DNA of 63,924 bases, the filler included, from Aduncisulcus paluster (lineage: Eukaryota), in the NCBI GenBank assembly GCA_024181965.1. It is 9 parts of 9 records of this genome, joined end to end, with 100 filler letters (N's around TTAATTAATTAA, not from the genome) between each part and the next. Parts side by side here need not be neighbours in the genome. Positions count along the whole stretch, not along the records: positions 22,574 to 35,170 come from BQXS01000021.1; positions 35,271 to 38,466 come from BQXS01000022.1; 7 more parts are not named here. The stretch is one strand, 5' to 3'. The translations under genes and the position numbers were made by a program. A model generated the notes under the pieces. The model was not told the origin of the DNA. It did not search any database and saw only the letters and a program-made list of their open reading frames with translations. Below are positions 26,501 through 36,298 of the stretch, piece after piece. Positions within the stretch are counted from its first letter, which is position 1. Every line of letters starts with the position of its first letter.

Positions 26501-27230
26501 CTGCAAGGGCTTTCTTCTGAACTTTGAGTTGTTTTGATAGCTGTAGATGTGCTTCTCTTTGAGTATTACTATGGGCTTTCCTTTCAGCGATCAGAGCAGC
26601 TTCGAACTGTGAAGCACGAACTCCGAGCATAAATATAGCTGTTCGAAGATCTGCACTACCACGAGATACAGAAGTTCGAATGAATTGAAGGAGATCTCCA
26701 AGTTCAGAACAATTTTGTTGCAGGACCAAAGAAAGATCTGAAAGGGCAAGATCAGCTGCAACATGAAGTTTAGTACCTCGTTCAAGGACACTGGTACCAT
26801 CATTTTCTGTTTTTTGAGGATGCTCTGGATATCCAACGGCTTCCTTTAATGCTTCAAGAATGGCCAAAACCACAGCTCTCGAAAAAGCTGGTATTTCTGT
26901 CTTATGAGAGGGATTAGTCCCTGAAGCTGCTTTATCTGGTAGTTGTATATGCACAACACTATCTTGATGTGGAATGGCTCTTCCTTTTGAAGAAGGAACA
27001 CCACTTCTTTCGGATTTGGAGGAAATCGCATGAGTCATGGGTTTTAACTTCGCTCCTAGAGCTCTCGATTTTGATTTACCACCAATTACAGATGAAGCTA
27101 GATTATTAAGGATTGCTTCGCCCTGTTTCTGCTTTTGAGTGGCTGCTTTTGTAGACTGGACGGCAAATGACGAATATCGAATTGATGTTGCCAAAGAAGG
27201 CGCTTCTGATAATCCAATCATGTGCTTCAT
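23592..27230 (-). CDS. Large coiled-coil hypothetical protein
   Basis: 1212-aa ORF with a long heptad region, an acidic tract and a helical C-terminal half. Confidence 0.8.
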   Translation of the reverse strand: MKHMIGLSEAPSLATSIRYSSFAVQSTKAATQKQKQGEAILNNLASSVIGGKSKSRALGAKLKPMTHAISSKSERSGVPSSKGRAIPHQDSVVHIQLPDKAASGTNPSHKTEIPAFSRAVVLAILEALKEAVGYPEHPQKTENDGTSVLERGTKLHVAADLALSDLSLVLQQNCSELGDLLQFIRTSVSRGSADLRTAIFMLGVRASQFEAALIAERKAHSNTQREAHLQLSKQLKVQKKALAEARNSVQKALESAAQSVSKEKALRLKADQNIVLLRRTVETIRREVVSSDASALKRRVKTLEMTTADRENEIRSLHSQLMNAQGTIEKQKKFIQKQKEEIHRLRHLLDEEASQRGVCLSCQEKITEGARVGGQEMWRKLQSVQQLMKILRDEEDEEEEEGEEEEEEEDKEYSEYSYTEEEEEDQVPKSPSRGSKRWKEDLSASRRSHRHRHAHRHRRGSEPSIIPQATLLAKRLKRLEKSANDIPEINKVMQDLRNANQRVEQLEDVEQALDRQKTLDRHLLSQLDQLREENTQLHTQVIKLRSRDALLLTTLSSDEGLVSQGYVTLQALEGAVGIVLAQPLPHFGLTLLPPCLPVMEDIWSETSMPSASTTARSVGGAGKKSERRTSLLHFETTISEDTGVVTSSGKSLNSADAMLPPLADIISLLFNIIRGFIAHTFTHVDNIGSNGIMDITEAVFPGGVLGGCAFSGKMEELSAFAWYFLYKSYGKEAMASARASSRSVSSSFDGDLADLIYGILLRAITHYRTESYEVRYIGGLIEGRYSEESVIVFCYAILLSFGGLPPCAPIPPVSQLLPRPKKHLDISSTYGSMTTPREAEVPSSSITMSHARSVVSAVLAGVPHSVCEAVSQHILAQTEVAAAVHSGNVDVCLLCGLLLTVYDREMTNRMAALRVAYAGVCMENESDSSSRRGKEGRIRESRGNMGVGGMDDTKTISRPLTSSISQMTTLSSSFSHILPFLQLMCPGCSRYSAAMVWRKAVWMSGCGYKKMPKFDALVWCMRERGLLLSHFSFYSTKTSISWSVRGKGLSLSSMDRHVTQHSIQVDSVASIKAAITPSVEKAIRYLERVLPLWGSESRRLGQLLGSKAQLPEIIFEDTAQMSARSKEHRSARGGRSRTKPQSTMGMRISDSGRSETRGSALAEADCLTSYLFTLCQRVWIASSFTNTDRNLDLKGIAKCLDAVLSIVDDKKK

Positions 27231-27647
27231 TATTTCATAAATTCATAATACGAGAAGAAAAATCAAACTTTAATGTTTGTCCCTGGCTATCATTTTTAAT
27301 GAATTTTTCTTCAAATATTTCATTGTTATTTCCATCCTTATTGTGTAAATAATTAATATTACCATTATAAGGTTATTTTTTCTGACTTGAACATTATTGG
27401 GTCTATTATCCTTGATAATTGAATAGTATTTTATTTTTTTTAAACATTTTCATGATTAACGATCTATTTTCTTTTGGAGTAGTGCATTCTTTGTGTTTTT
27501 TATTTTCAGATTATGCCTGCTTCTAAGAATGTGTACGAAGAAACATAGGTAAATGGATTTTCTTGTTCTTTTCATTCTATTTTTTTGCATATATATTATA
27601 GTTATTCTAATTCTGTTATCTGTTGGTGTTTATTGTACAATCTTTCA

Positions 27648-27824
27648 ATGACTCGCTATTTATTCATCCAATCAAAAGATGGATTCATCCTTCCCGTAAA
27701 AGCTTCGGCAGTTTTAGCTCAATCCGAATATCTTAATCGGCTCATTAATGCTGAAAAGGTTCTTCCAAACCAAGTGGTGCGATTTTATGAAGGAGACGAA
27801 ACTCCAATAATTACGCATAAATAG
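27648..27824 (+). CDS. Short ORF resembling the Skp1/Elongin C (POZ) N-terminus; incomplete or degenerate
   Basis: YLFIQSKDGFILPVK....QSEYLNRLI resembles Y.KL.S.DG..F.V......S..I..ML, but it stops after 58 aa. Confidence 0.3.
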   Translation: MTRYLFIQSKDGFILPVKASAVLAQSEYLNRLINAEKVLPNQVVRFYEGDETPIITHK

Positions 27825-28232
27825 AATCATTTTTGTTTTTAAGCTCCGTTTCAACGGTTGATTTCTCAGAAGATAAAGAAAAAGCGTGAGAAAGCTGAGA
27901 CAAAGAAACAGAAGAAGAAACATTGGAGGAAGCGGAGGCACATGAAATAAGAAGCTTTTTAGAGTAGTAAACATGATTGAAACCTTTTATGGCCTCAAAA
28001 GAAAAGGGTTACGCATTGAGTTTCGAGAGACATACATCAGATGGATTTCATCAAAGAGATCATCCCATAGATGTCAATGTCATTGTGTGAGTGAAAAAGG
28101 GGGATGGATTTGAGGGATGTTATCGAGTAGCAATGGTTTACTAATTAACAAGCACCTGATGAGAAAAAAGTTATATTTCTCATGATATTCTTGGACATTT
28201 GTCGATATTAAGGGAGAACATTTTTTTGAAAT

Positions 28233-28668
28233 CTAAAAATAGAATTTCTAAAAATAGAAAATGAAAAAACTATTTTCACATTATCTTGTCTAAAACACAA
28301 ATTTTAAGCACTTTGTTTCTGATTATCACATTTTTAATAGAAAGTTTCTATTAGAAACAGAAATTTCCAATTCTGTTCTTCAGTATTAAATTAAACACAC
28401 AAAAAAAACATCTTCAAGCTGTGATTGAATGAAATCTGACGAATGCATGAAATAAATAGATAACAATTAATTGCCAGAGCCTGAAATTCAGGCTGAATCT
28501 CAATTTCTATCAACATTTTGAGTTGAGTGGAGTGAGGACTTCAGATGACGGATTTGACTAATAATATCCATCAAGCGGTTAATATTTGTTAATAAAACCA
28601 TTAAAAACTCAATGATCGATCAATACTATTCATGAACAACCTAAAAATAGATTTTCTAAAAATAGAAA
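28233..28668. repeat. Two copies of CTAAAAATAG-AWTTT-CTAAAAATAG-AAA, 408 bp apart
   Basis: Decamers at 28233, 28248, 28641 and 28656. Confidence 0.85.
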
Positions 28669-28918
28669 TGCTTCAAAATAATTTTAGAATCGACCATTAT
28701 CTTTAGACTACCCTGATTTTTTGTTGTACAGATACACATAAAACATGATTTTCACAACATCTTGAAGAGAACCCAACATACTCTTCGAAAATATTATAAA
28801 TACAGAGATATACAAGATTCAAAGAATCCTTTCGAAAGTTTCTTGCAATTATAAACTGAAAAAAAGAAATTTTCTCAACCACTTGAGAATAGAATCAAAC
28901 CAATGATTATCACTCATA

Positions 28919-29979
28919 CTAACGATTTGGATACGGAGTTCCAAATGCAGCATAGAATTCATCATGGCTTTTTACCTCATCGGGACTAACCGAAGAATGA
29001 AAATGTTCGAATGCATTCTGAAAATCTCCAAGATTGATAGGTCTGATTGCATCCGGTGTGGCTGTTGCCAACTGTTCCCGAGGAATCTCACGAAGAGGTG
29101 CCATGCTACAGTCACGAATCATACAAACAATATCAGATCCAGAAAATCCCCTTGAATGTTCTGCTAAATAGATCATGTCTTCCTCACTTATACAATGAGA
29201 CATTCTAAGCTTTGCAATATTGGCTTCAAATATCTTTTTGCGTGCTTCCAAACAGGGGAGTTCACAATAAAATCGTTTTTCGAATCTCTTTCTAATAAAA
29301 GCATCAAGACGATGAGGGTACGCGTTGTGGCAATAAATAAAATGGCAGGAACTTCATACATTTTTTCTGATATTGAAATAGATGTCATGAGTGAAGGCAG
29401 TTTAAAAAGCTGAAGAATAAGCTCAGATTTCAGTCTTCTAAATCTTTCATTCGAAGAATCTAATGATATCAATGATATAAAATCATCAAATACAATTATT
29501 GAAGGGGCACGATTAAGAGCCAATGTAAAGAGAGCACGGACATTCTGTTCATCTCCAGAAATGAAATGAGAAGAACAAACAGAAAAGAAGGTTGAATCGA
29601 CTTGACTGGAAATTGATCTGGCAAGAACAGATTTTCCTGATCCGGATGGACCAAAAAAGAGAAAATTTGTAACTTTACGATAACGAGAAAAAAGAACAGG
29701 AAATCGCGAAGGAAGAATTATGGATTCCATTATACAACGCTTGGCATCTTCCAGCCCGTGAATATCATCCCATTTCAATCTTGGAGTCCCAGGAACAATG
29801 CAAGACTCAAATTGTTTAATAATATGTTCAGGAAAACTAGATAGTGAATCTTCTACTGTTTCATCATCTTTTGTTTGGTGGGGATTTGACATACCGACCA
29901 AAACAGAGAACTTCTCTGTAATTGGATTACTTTTCGAAAACTTGTCTGTTTGACACAAGATAGATATTAGATGAATCAT
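28919..29979 (-). pseudogene. Divergent meiotic-clade AAA ATPase (spastin/katanin/Vps4-like) with a frameshift
   Basis: WDDIHGLEDAK..IMESIILP, GPSGSGKS and IVFDDF lie in one frame. PHRLDAFIRKRFEKRFYCELP..GFSGSDI and a Vps4_C-like end lie in another frame, with the switch near 29320. Confidence 0.6.
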
Positions 29980-30773
29980 TGTAAAATAGAAAAATCGATC
30001 AAAATTTTTATTTGTTATTTGTATTATCCATTTTGGATATAGACCAATAGTTGGTCACCAACTGTCATGACAAATATGCACATACCAAATGAGTAAATAA
30101 TAATAGTAAAAATATGAACATATTTCGGGATTAGATCCGATTAACTAATGAATGATAGTACAATTCTAATCCTCTTTCTTCTCAATGGCCTTTTCCTCTG
30201 CTTCTTTTATCTTTTTATCGACTTCTTCCCTTATTTTCTTATTGTATGGAGCAAATTCTTTGATAAACCACTGCCATGGAGTCCCAGGAACAATGCAAGA
30301 CTCAAATTGTTTAATAATATGTTCAGGAAAACTAGATAGTGAATCTTCTACTGTTTCATCATCTTTTGTTTGGTGGGGATTTGACATACCGACCAAAACA
30401 GAGAACTTCTCTGTAATTGGATTACTTTTCGAAAACTTGTCTGTTTGACACAAGATAGATATTAGATGAATCATTGTAAAATAGAAAAATCGATCAAAAT
30501 TTTTATTTGTTATTTGTATTATCCATTTTGGATATAGACCAATAGTTGGTCACCAACTGTCATGACAAATATGCACATACCAAATGAGTAAATAATAATA
30601 GTAAAAATATGAACATATTTCGGGATTAGATCCGATTAACTAATGAATGATAGTACAATTCTAATCCTCTTTCTTCTCAATGGCCTTTTCCTCTGCTTCT
30701 TTTATCTTTTTATCGACTTCTTCCCTTATTTTCTTATTGTATGGAGCAAATTCTTTGATAAACCACTGCCATG
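29782..30773. repeat. Exact 495-bp tandem duplication that creates the chimeric ORF 30166-30474
   Basis: 29782-30278 equals 30277-30773, with a 2-nt TG microhomology at the junction. Confidence 0.9.
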
Positions 30774-31029
30774 AGAGGAAAAAACAGATCAAAATCCCAA
30801 TAAAACCGAGACCAAGACCAAGATGTTGTTGACAAACTAAATACCCAACGTAAAGCAATCCAATAAATAAAACATCTAAAAATATAACGAGGCCTGCTCC
30901 AAATCCCGGATTGAGCCATCTAGTCATAGGTGAAGTGAAGACTTTTTCAATTGGTTCGATTTCAATTTCTTCTTCTTTCTTTTGCTGAGTTTCTTTATCA
31001 CTTTTGTCAGATTTTTTATCTTTGACCAT
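30661..31029 (-). CDS. Pkr1-like ER membrane protein (V-ATPase assembly factor)
   Basis: NPG followed by two TM helices with a central H and S.QWFIKE, then a charged tail ending KKED (KKxx ER-retrieval motif). Confidence 0.6.
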   Translation of the reverse strand: MVKDKKSDKSDKETQQKKEEEIEIEPIEKVFTSPMTRWLNPGFGAGLVIFLDVLFIGLLYVGYLVCQQHLGLGLGFIGILICFFLSWQWFIKEFAPYNKKIREEVDKKIKEAEEKAIEKKED

Positions 31030-31548
31030 ATTTATCCTCAGTCCGTCTTCAAATCATGTGATGAAACCCATTTTGTCATAGCTTCAGATCTTGCATGCTT
31101 ACCATATTTTAATGGACTGTCAAGCTATTATAATAAGTTTTATTCATAAAATAACGTGATCAATATTGATTTAACTCATAAATAAAGCAGATACAATTAT
31201 TTTGTCGTAGGATGAAGTAATCGAAGTTAATAAATGAAATATATTCGTAATTCATCAAATAAAATTTCAAAGTGATCTCAGAAATTCATGAATAAGGAGT
31301 ATAGCGAGTAATATTGGAGATCATCAAGATTATTATCTTCTTCATCACAAAATAAGTAATTTATTTGTGATTTTTGTATTCTTTATGAGTATAGGATATT
31401 CGTAATATCAGTCAAACAAAGTTATTACGGAGGAATCTTCAAGATCATCATCGACATTGGTTTTTCCTTCTTGAACAATTGTTTATTAAAATTTTTGTGC
31501 ACGAATTTGCTGTAAAAGAAATTATATTTTGGATTAATTACCTTTATC

Positions 31549-33168
31549 ATGCTTCATTTTATTCCCAAGTCAGTTTCACACATATTTCCTTCTTCCTCTC
31601 TTTGTGATCCGTTGTTATTAAGAAAATTTAGCGCTTTACCAGTTTCCTTTGATGAAAAACATGTTATAGCATCATATGATGATCTCTGTTCAACATTTTC
31701 CAAGTTACCGACACGTCTAAATTTTCGTCGTATTGATAGTAGAAGTCAACTGGACCCATCTATTCGTTCTGCTCTTGATAAAATATCCCCATCTAAGAAA
31801 GAATTACCCAGTATGAAGTATTTATATCGGATTATTAATGGGCCGAGTTCTTCTCATACAGGTGGTCCCACTGCTGCCTGTAATATTGTTAAAAAAGAGA
31901 ATCCAGGAGTTAACCACTATCGTGTTCATCTGTTTGGGTCCCTCGCCGATACTGGCAAAGGACATTTCACTGACATTGCTATTGTCAACACTCTTGCTCC
32001 TGCCTCCGTCACCATTGAGTGGCATTATAAACAAGACCTTGAGGGAAAAGAGTGTGGTATGCTATTCGAAGCCCTTTCAGGCCCTCCAACAACTTCCCCA
32101 GAAATTCTCTCAACCACCAAATTCTGGAGTATTGGTGGAGGAGCTCTTGAGGACAAAAATGGAATTATTGATGAGACAAAGGGCACTAAATACAAGGAAA
32201 TGCATCTACGTGATGTCCACTCAATTCTTGATGAATGTGAAACTTCTGGAAGACCTCTTCATGAGCTAATATTTGCCGCTGATCTTCCTGATCTTCGTGA
32301 GCATCTTCACAAAGTTTGGGCTGCAATGAAGGATAGTATCCATCGTGGTTTGAAGGAAACTGATGTCCTTCCCGGAACTCTTAGGTATCCTCGTCGAGCC
32401 TGCAACACTTACCGAAGAGCCATGCAAATGCATCCTTCAACCAATGCTACTGTCAAAATCATGGCATATGCACTCGCTGTATCGGAAGAAAATGCCTGTG
32501 GACATGTCGTCTGCACGGCTCCCACTTGTGGATCTTGTGGAGTGCTTCCGGGTCTCTTGTACCACATGCAAGAGGAGCTTAAGGTTAGCGATGACGATAT
32601 TGTTGACGCCCTGGCCACAGCTGGTGTATTCGGAAATGCCGCCAAGACTGATGCCACCATTGCCGGTTCCAAGGCTGGATGTCAGGCTGAAGTAGGAGTT
32701 GCCGTTGCCATGGCTGCCGCTGCTGCCACATTTCTTCTTGGAGGTAGTGCTCGTGTGATTGAAAAAGCAGCCCAGAGTGGATTAGAGTCCATGCTTGGAT
32801 TGTCCTGTGATCCTGTCGAAGGGTATGTGCAGATTCCATGCATCGAGCGTAATGCTCTTGGAGCCACCCGTGCCATGTCATGCAGTATGCTCGCCCTTGC
32901 CCAGACCGATCCTGATCATTTTGTCTCGTACGATGCAACTCTACTGTCAATGTTGGTGACTGGAATCTTGATGGATGAGAGTCTCAAGGAGAGGAGTGAT
33001 GGTGGACTTGCCCAAATTGTTCCTCAGGGGAAAGGTCTTATCACCGAAGATAGAGATAAAGTGTATGGTCTCATAAAATTGTTGGCCAAGGCAAGATTAG
33101 CAAGAAATCAGGATCAGAGGCCCATTGATATTTCTGGATATGAAGATATCGTTCCAGAAATCGAATAA
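31549..33168 (+). CDS. sdaA: Fe-S-dependent L-serine dehydratase (single chain, bacterial type) with an ~85-aa N-terminal extension
   Basis: GPSSSHT.GP, GSLADTGKGHFTD, SEENA.G..V.TAPTCGSCGVLP, GCQAEVG and GLSCDPVEGYVQIPCIERNA; the three cluster Cys are present. Confidence 0.95.
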   Translation: MLHFIPKSVSHIFPSSSLCDPLLLRKFSALPVSFDEKHVIASYDDLCSTFSKLPTRLNFRRIDSRSQLDPSIRSALDKISPSKKELPSMKYLYRIINGPSSSHTGGPTAACNIVKKENPGVNHYRVHLFGSLADTGKGHFTDIAIVNTLAPASVTIEWHYKQDLEGKECGMLFEALSGPPTTSPEILSTTKFWSIGGGALEDKNGIIDETKGTKYKEMHLRDVHSILDECETSGRPLHELIFAADLPDLREHLHKVWAAMKDSIHRGLKETDVLPGTLRYPRRACNTYRRAMQMHPSTNATVKIMAYALAVSEENACGHVVCTAPTCGSCGVLPGLLYHMQEELKVSDDDIVDALATAGVFGNAAKTDATIAGSKAGCQAEVGVAVAMAAAAATFLLGGSARVIEKAAQSGLESMLGLSCDPVEGYVQIPCIERNALGATRAMSCSMLALAQTDPDHFVSYDATLLSMLVTGILMDESLKERSDGGLAQIVPQGKGLITEDRDKVYGLIKLLAKARLARNQDQRPIDISGYEDIVPEIE

Positions 33169-33524
33169 TAATACGTCTTATAAACCCTTCTACATGATTT
33201 TATTTTTCCAGATGAGATCCAATGCTGAAAGGTAAAGTAAAATATTTATGTTAATATTTGCATAAATTTCTGTTCATTTTAAATACCGGTTGTAAATATA
33301 TCAGCCAAATACAGACTCTACATATCAAGAAATTTTTCAACAACAATTGAAATGATTTTTGGCAAATGAACAATTAATAAACCAAATGTCTATCTCACCC
33401 AATTTTTTATTGAACCAAAATATTAAATATTTGCTCCACATCAAAAAATTTGGTCAAAATCGGAGTATTTGCATCAATTCCATTTATCCACCTTTGTTAT
33501 TTTCATATTAAAAACAAATAATAG

Positions 33525-35170
33525 ATGATTACCCCCATTATCGATTTTGGACAACCGATATATGGTGCTTCAGGCCATCCTGGATATGATGCTATTTCCA
33601 TGGAATATCAGAGCCCAAATCGCAAGCCAGCGACACCCAAAAAGAAACCCAAGCCAAAGCCAACAGTCTGTAAGCCTTTTAATATCACTAAAGTGAAACC
33701 TAAGCCGAAACCTGTTATATCTCCATATGCTGAAGAGGATGGTGAAATAAGGCAGTTTAAAGCTAAAGATTTGCCAGCTATGTATCGTGAAAAAAAGATT
33801 TCGAAGGATGTTTCCATGCTTGAGAAAGCTTCTGAGGAATTGCCTCGATCTGAGTCACGTGAGGATTTACAGGATGAAGATGTTGCTGAAAATCCATTTT
33901 TCGGCGATACACCCGGTGAAAATTTGGGTGATGACGATGATAAGCCTGGATTAGATTCGAGCCTTCCAACAACCCCCCAGAAAAGTGCCTTGACTCCAAA
34001 AAGAATTGTTCGCACCCCTACATCTCAGAAACCATTTTCTGTATCGACAAAATATAGGAAAAAACTTCAATCTCCATCTCCTGCCAAAGTTATGAGAGAT
34101 GAATATGAAAAAGAGCGATTCAAGGCTAATCCAGTTCCAGATTTTACTAAACTTCGCCCTCAATATGCCATAAAAACAACCAAAGCCGATATGCTCAAAG
34201 AAAAACACCTTGCAGAGGAAAGGAAGAGAATATTACGAAGAGAAATTGGTGAGCTTGAAAAAAGCAAGATAAATCGTCGTAAGCACGAAGAATATGCTGA
34301 AAACCAACGAATTGCAGCATTAGCCAAAGAAATGGCGATTAGGGAGCTTAAAAGACGCGAAATTATCCAGCAACGTGAAGAGGCTCAAAAAGCTCTTGAA
34401 ATTGTTCAATTGAAGAAAAAACAAGCCGCTCATTCTGTTTTCCAGGAAACAGTCGCTCTTGAGGAGCTTGCAAAGATTGAGAAAGTCCGTCAATATTCTT
34501 CCAACACTCGAGTGCATGCTCAAGTCAAACATGAGCTTGAGGAAGCCAAACAGAAAGTCAACGATGTTCTTCAGTCCAAACGTGATCGTGCCCGTGAAGA
34601 AGTCACTCGAGAGGATGATTATTTGAAACGCATCAAAGTGGCTCAGGATATTGCCGAGCGTAAACGGAAGAAGGCTTTGTTCCAAAAGACTCGTGAAGAT
34701 GAGAAGAGGCTCATGATGACTCCAGAAGAACGCAAGGATGTGACACGTCCTGTCTATCAGCGTGCTACCCATGAGGAAGTCATGAACGAGTGCAGTGGGT
34801 TCGGGCTTGGCGCCATGAGTCTGGCTGAACTTGAGGCCACCCGACGCAAACAACTCGAAGAAGAGAAGAAGGAGATTGAAGAGAAGCAGCTCCACGTTCG
34901 TGCGGAGAGGGAGGAGAAGAAAGAAGAGCTGGAGCGTCTCCACAAGGCCATTGTTGCCCAACGCAAGCTTGAGAGTGCCGAACAACGTCTAAGAAAGCAA
35001 GAAGCCAAGCGTCGTGTTGCCAAAGCTGAGGATAAGGTGAAGAAAATGACCAACCAAATGTTAGAATCCATCGATCATTTCAGCATTGGGCAAAAAATTA
35101 TGAAACAACGCCGGAATAAGGAAATTGATCTTCTCAAGAAGCGAATTGAACGTGAGAAGAAAGAGAGAGC
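33525..35170 (+). CDS. CFAP99-like cilia/flagella-associated coiled-coil protein, 3' truncated
   Basis: T..KPFNITK.KP, FKA.P.P repeats and G.GL..MSLAEL within a K/E/R coiled coil; recognised from memory of CFAP99. Confidence 0.6.
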
Positions 35171-35270
35171 NNNNNNNNNNNNNNNNNNNNNNNNNNNNNN
35201 NNNNNNNNNNNNNNTTAATTAATTAANNNNNNNNNNNNNNNNNNNNNNNNNNNNNNNNNNNNNNNNNNNN

Positions 35271-36200
35271 GGATCACCTGGCTTCGATCAAAGTTCTGGT
35301 GCACAAAAGATGATGCGTGGAGAGGAGAATTATGATTCTATCTTTACTTTTATCTCGCTTCCTTTTTCTTCTCCTACCCCAATGAAAGGCGCTTATATCT
35401 GTTTGGATTGTAGTTTTTTACCAGAACATCTTCTCTTCACGTTCACTTCTTCAAAGAGTGAAAAGATATCCAAGAAATACGATATTATAAAATTTCAAGG
35501 TTGGCTTTGGTTTTTCTTGCCCATTGATCTCTCTGACGTTGTTTTATGTGAGATCACGGGGAAAGGAAGAGAAAAAGAATGGTTTGTAATCAGATCTCTT
35601 GTTTTCTTTCAAGAAGACACCCCCGATGAAATCATGGCCCGTGAAGCCAAAGAGAAACTCTGGTCTGAAGCTCCAGTTCTGGAACCCTATATTGCTTGGT
35701 CTATAACTTGTCCGGATGATTTCATTTCCATTCGATCCGATGATCCTAGGCGTGTCAACCCTTTGTACTCGATGGTCAAGTGCAAGAATAATGTGTTTTG
35801 TGAGGAATCTGTGTATTATGATCAGAGTTCTCAAGCTCAAAAAATGTTGAAATGGGAAAGTGGTGAATGTGGGCAAGACGCTGTTCTATTGTCCCATATT
35901 TCCATCCCTTTTCCATCACCTAGCCCCCTGAAATGTGCGTATTCCTATGTGACTGAGTATTGTTCACCCTCTCTGCTCTTCACTTTCACAGATTGTACTG
36001 GTAAGAAGACATCGATAAGGTATGACTTTTCAAGGCCTATTGGTGAATGGTACTACCTTTACATTAACTTGCCGAATGTTGTGTTATGCGAGATTGAAGG
36101 AAAAGGAATGTGGGATAGGCGACAAAGTAGCCAGTTCTGCATCGACACTCTCGTTTTTATTAAGTCGGAGGAACTCGAAGCTGCATCTGAATGCAAATAG
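35271..36200 (+). CDS. Divergent 'MKGAYIC' family member (A-B), 5' truncated, no kinase
   Basis: Same framework (PFSSPTPMKGAYICL, FLPIDLSDVVLCEITGKG); the stop codon follows the B domain. Confidence 0.85.
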   Translation, partial: GSPGFDQSSGAQKMMRGEENYDSIFTFISLPFSSPTPMKGAYICLDCSFLPEHLLFTFTSSKSEKISKKYDIIKFQGWLWFFLPIDLSDVVLCEITGKGREKEWFVIRSLVFFQEDTPDEIMAREAKEKLWSEAPVLEPYIAWSITCPDDFISIRSDDPRRVNPLYSMVKCKNNVFCEESVYYDQSSQAQKMLKWESGECGQDAVLLSHISIPFPSPSPLKCAYSYVTEYCSPSLLFTFTDCTGKKTSIRYDFSRPIGEWYYLYINLPNVVLCEIEGKGMWDRRQSSQFCIDTLVFIKSEELEAASECK

Positions 36201-36298
36201 ATATGTTTGTCGACAAGGATGCATAAACCGAAACCTTATTTCGTTATGTGTTTGTAATAAGTAAATATTTAATGTTTTAGATCCTAGATTACTTTGAT

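Noticed and set aside
27824-28200. Stop-codon reassignment (TAA/TAG = Gln, as in hexamitids)
   Set aside because: Conserved genes here have no internal TAR and end in TAA, TAG or TGA normally.
30166-30474. AAA/Pkr1 fusion ORF as a new gene
   Set aside because: It exists only at the junction of an exact 495-bp duplication, which is probably an assembly artefact.
31549-33168. Bacterial contamination as the source of sdaA
   Set aside because: It lies mid-contig between eukaryotic genes with similar composition and has a non-bacterial N-terminal extension.
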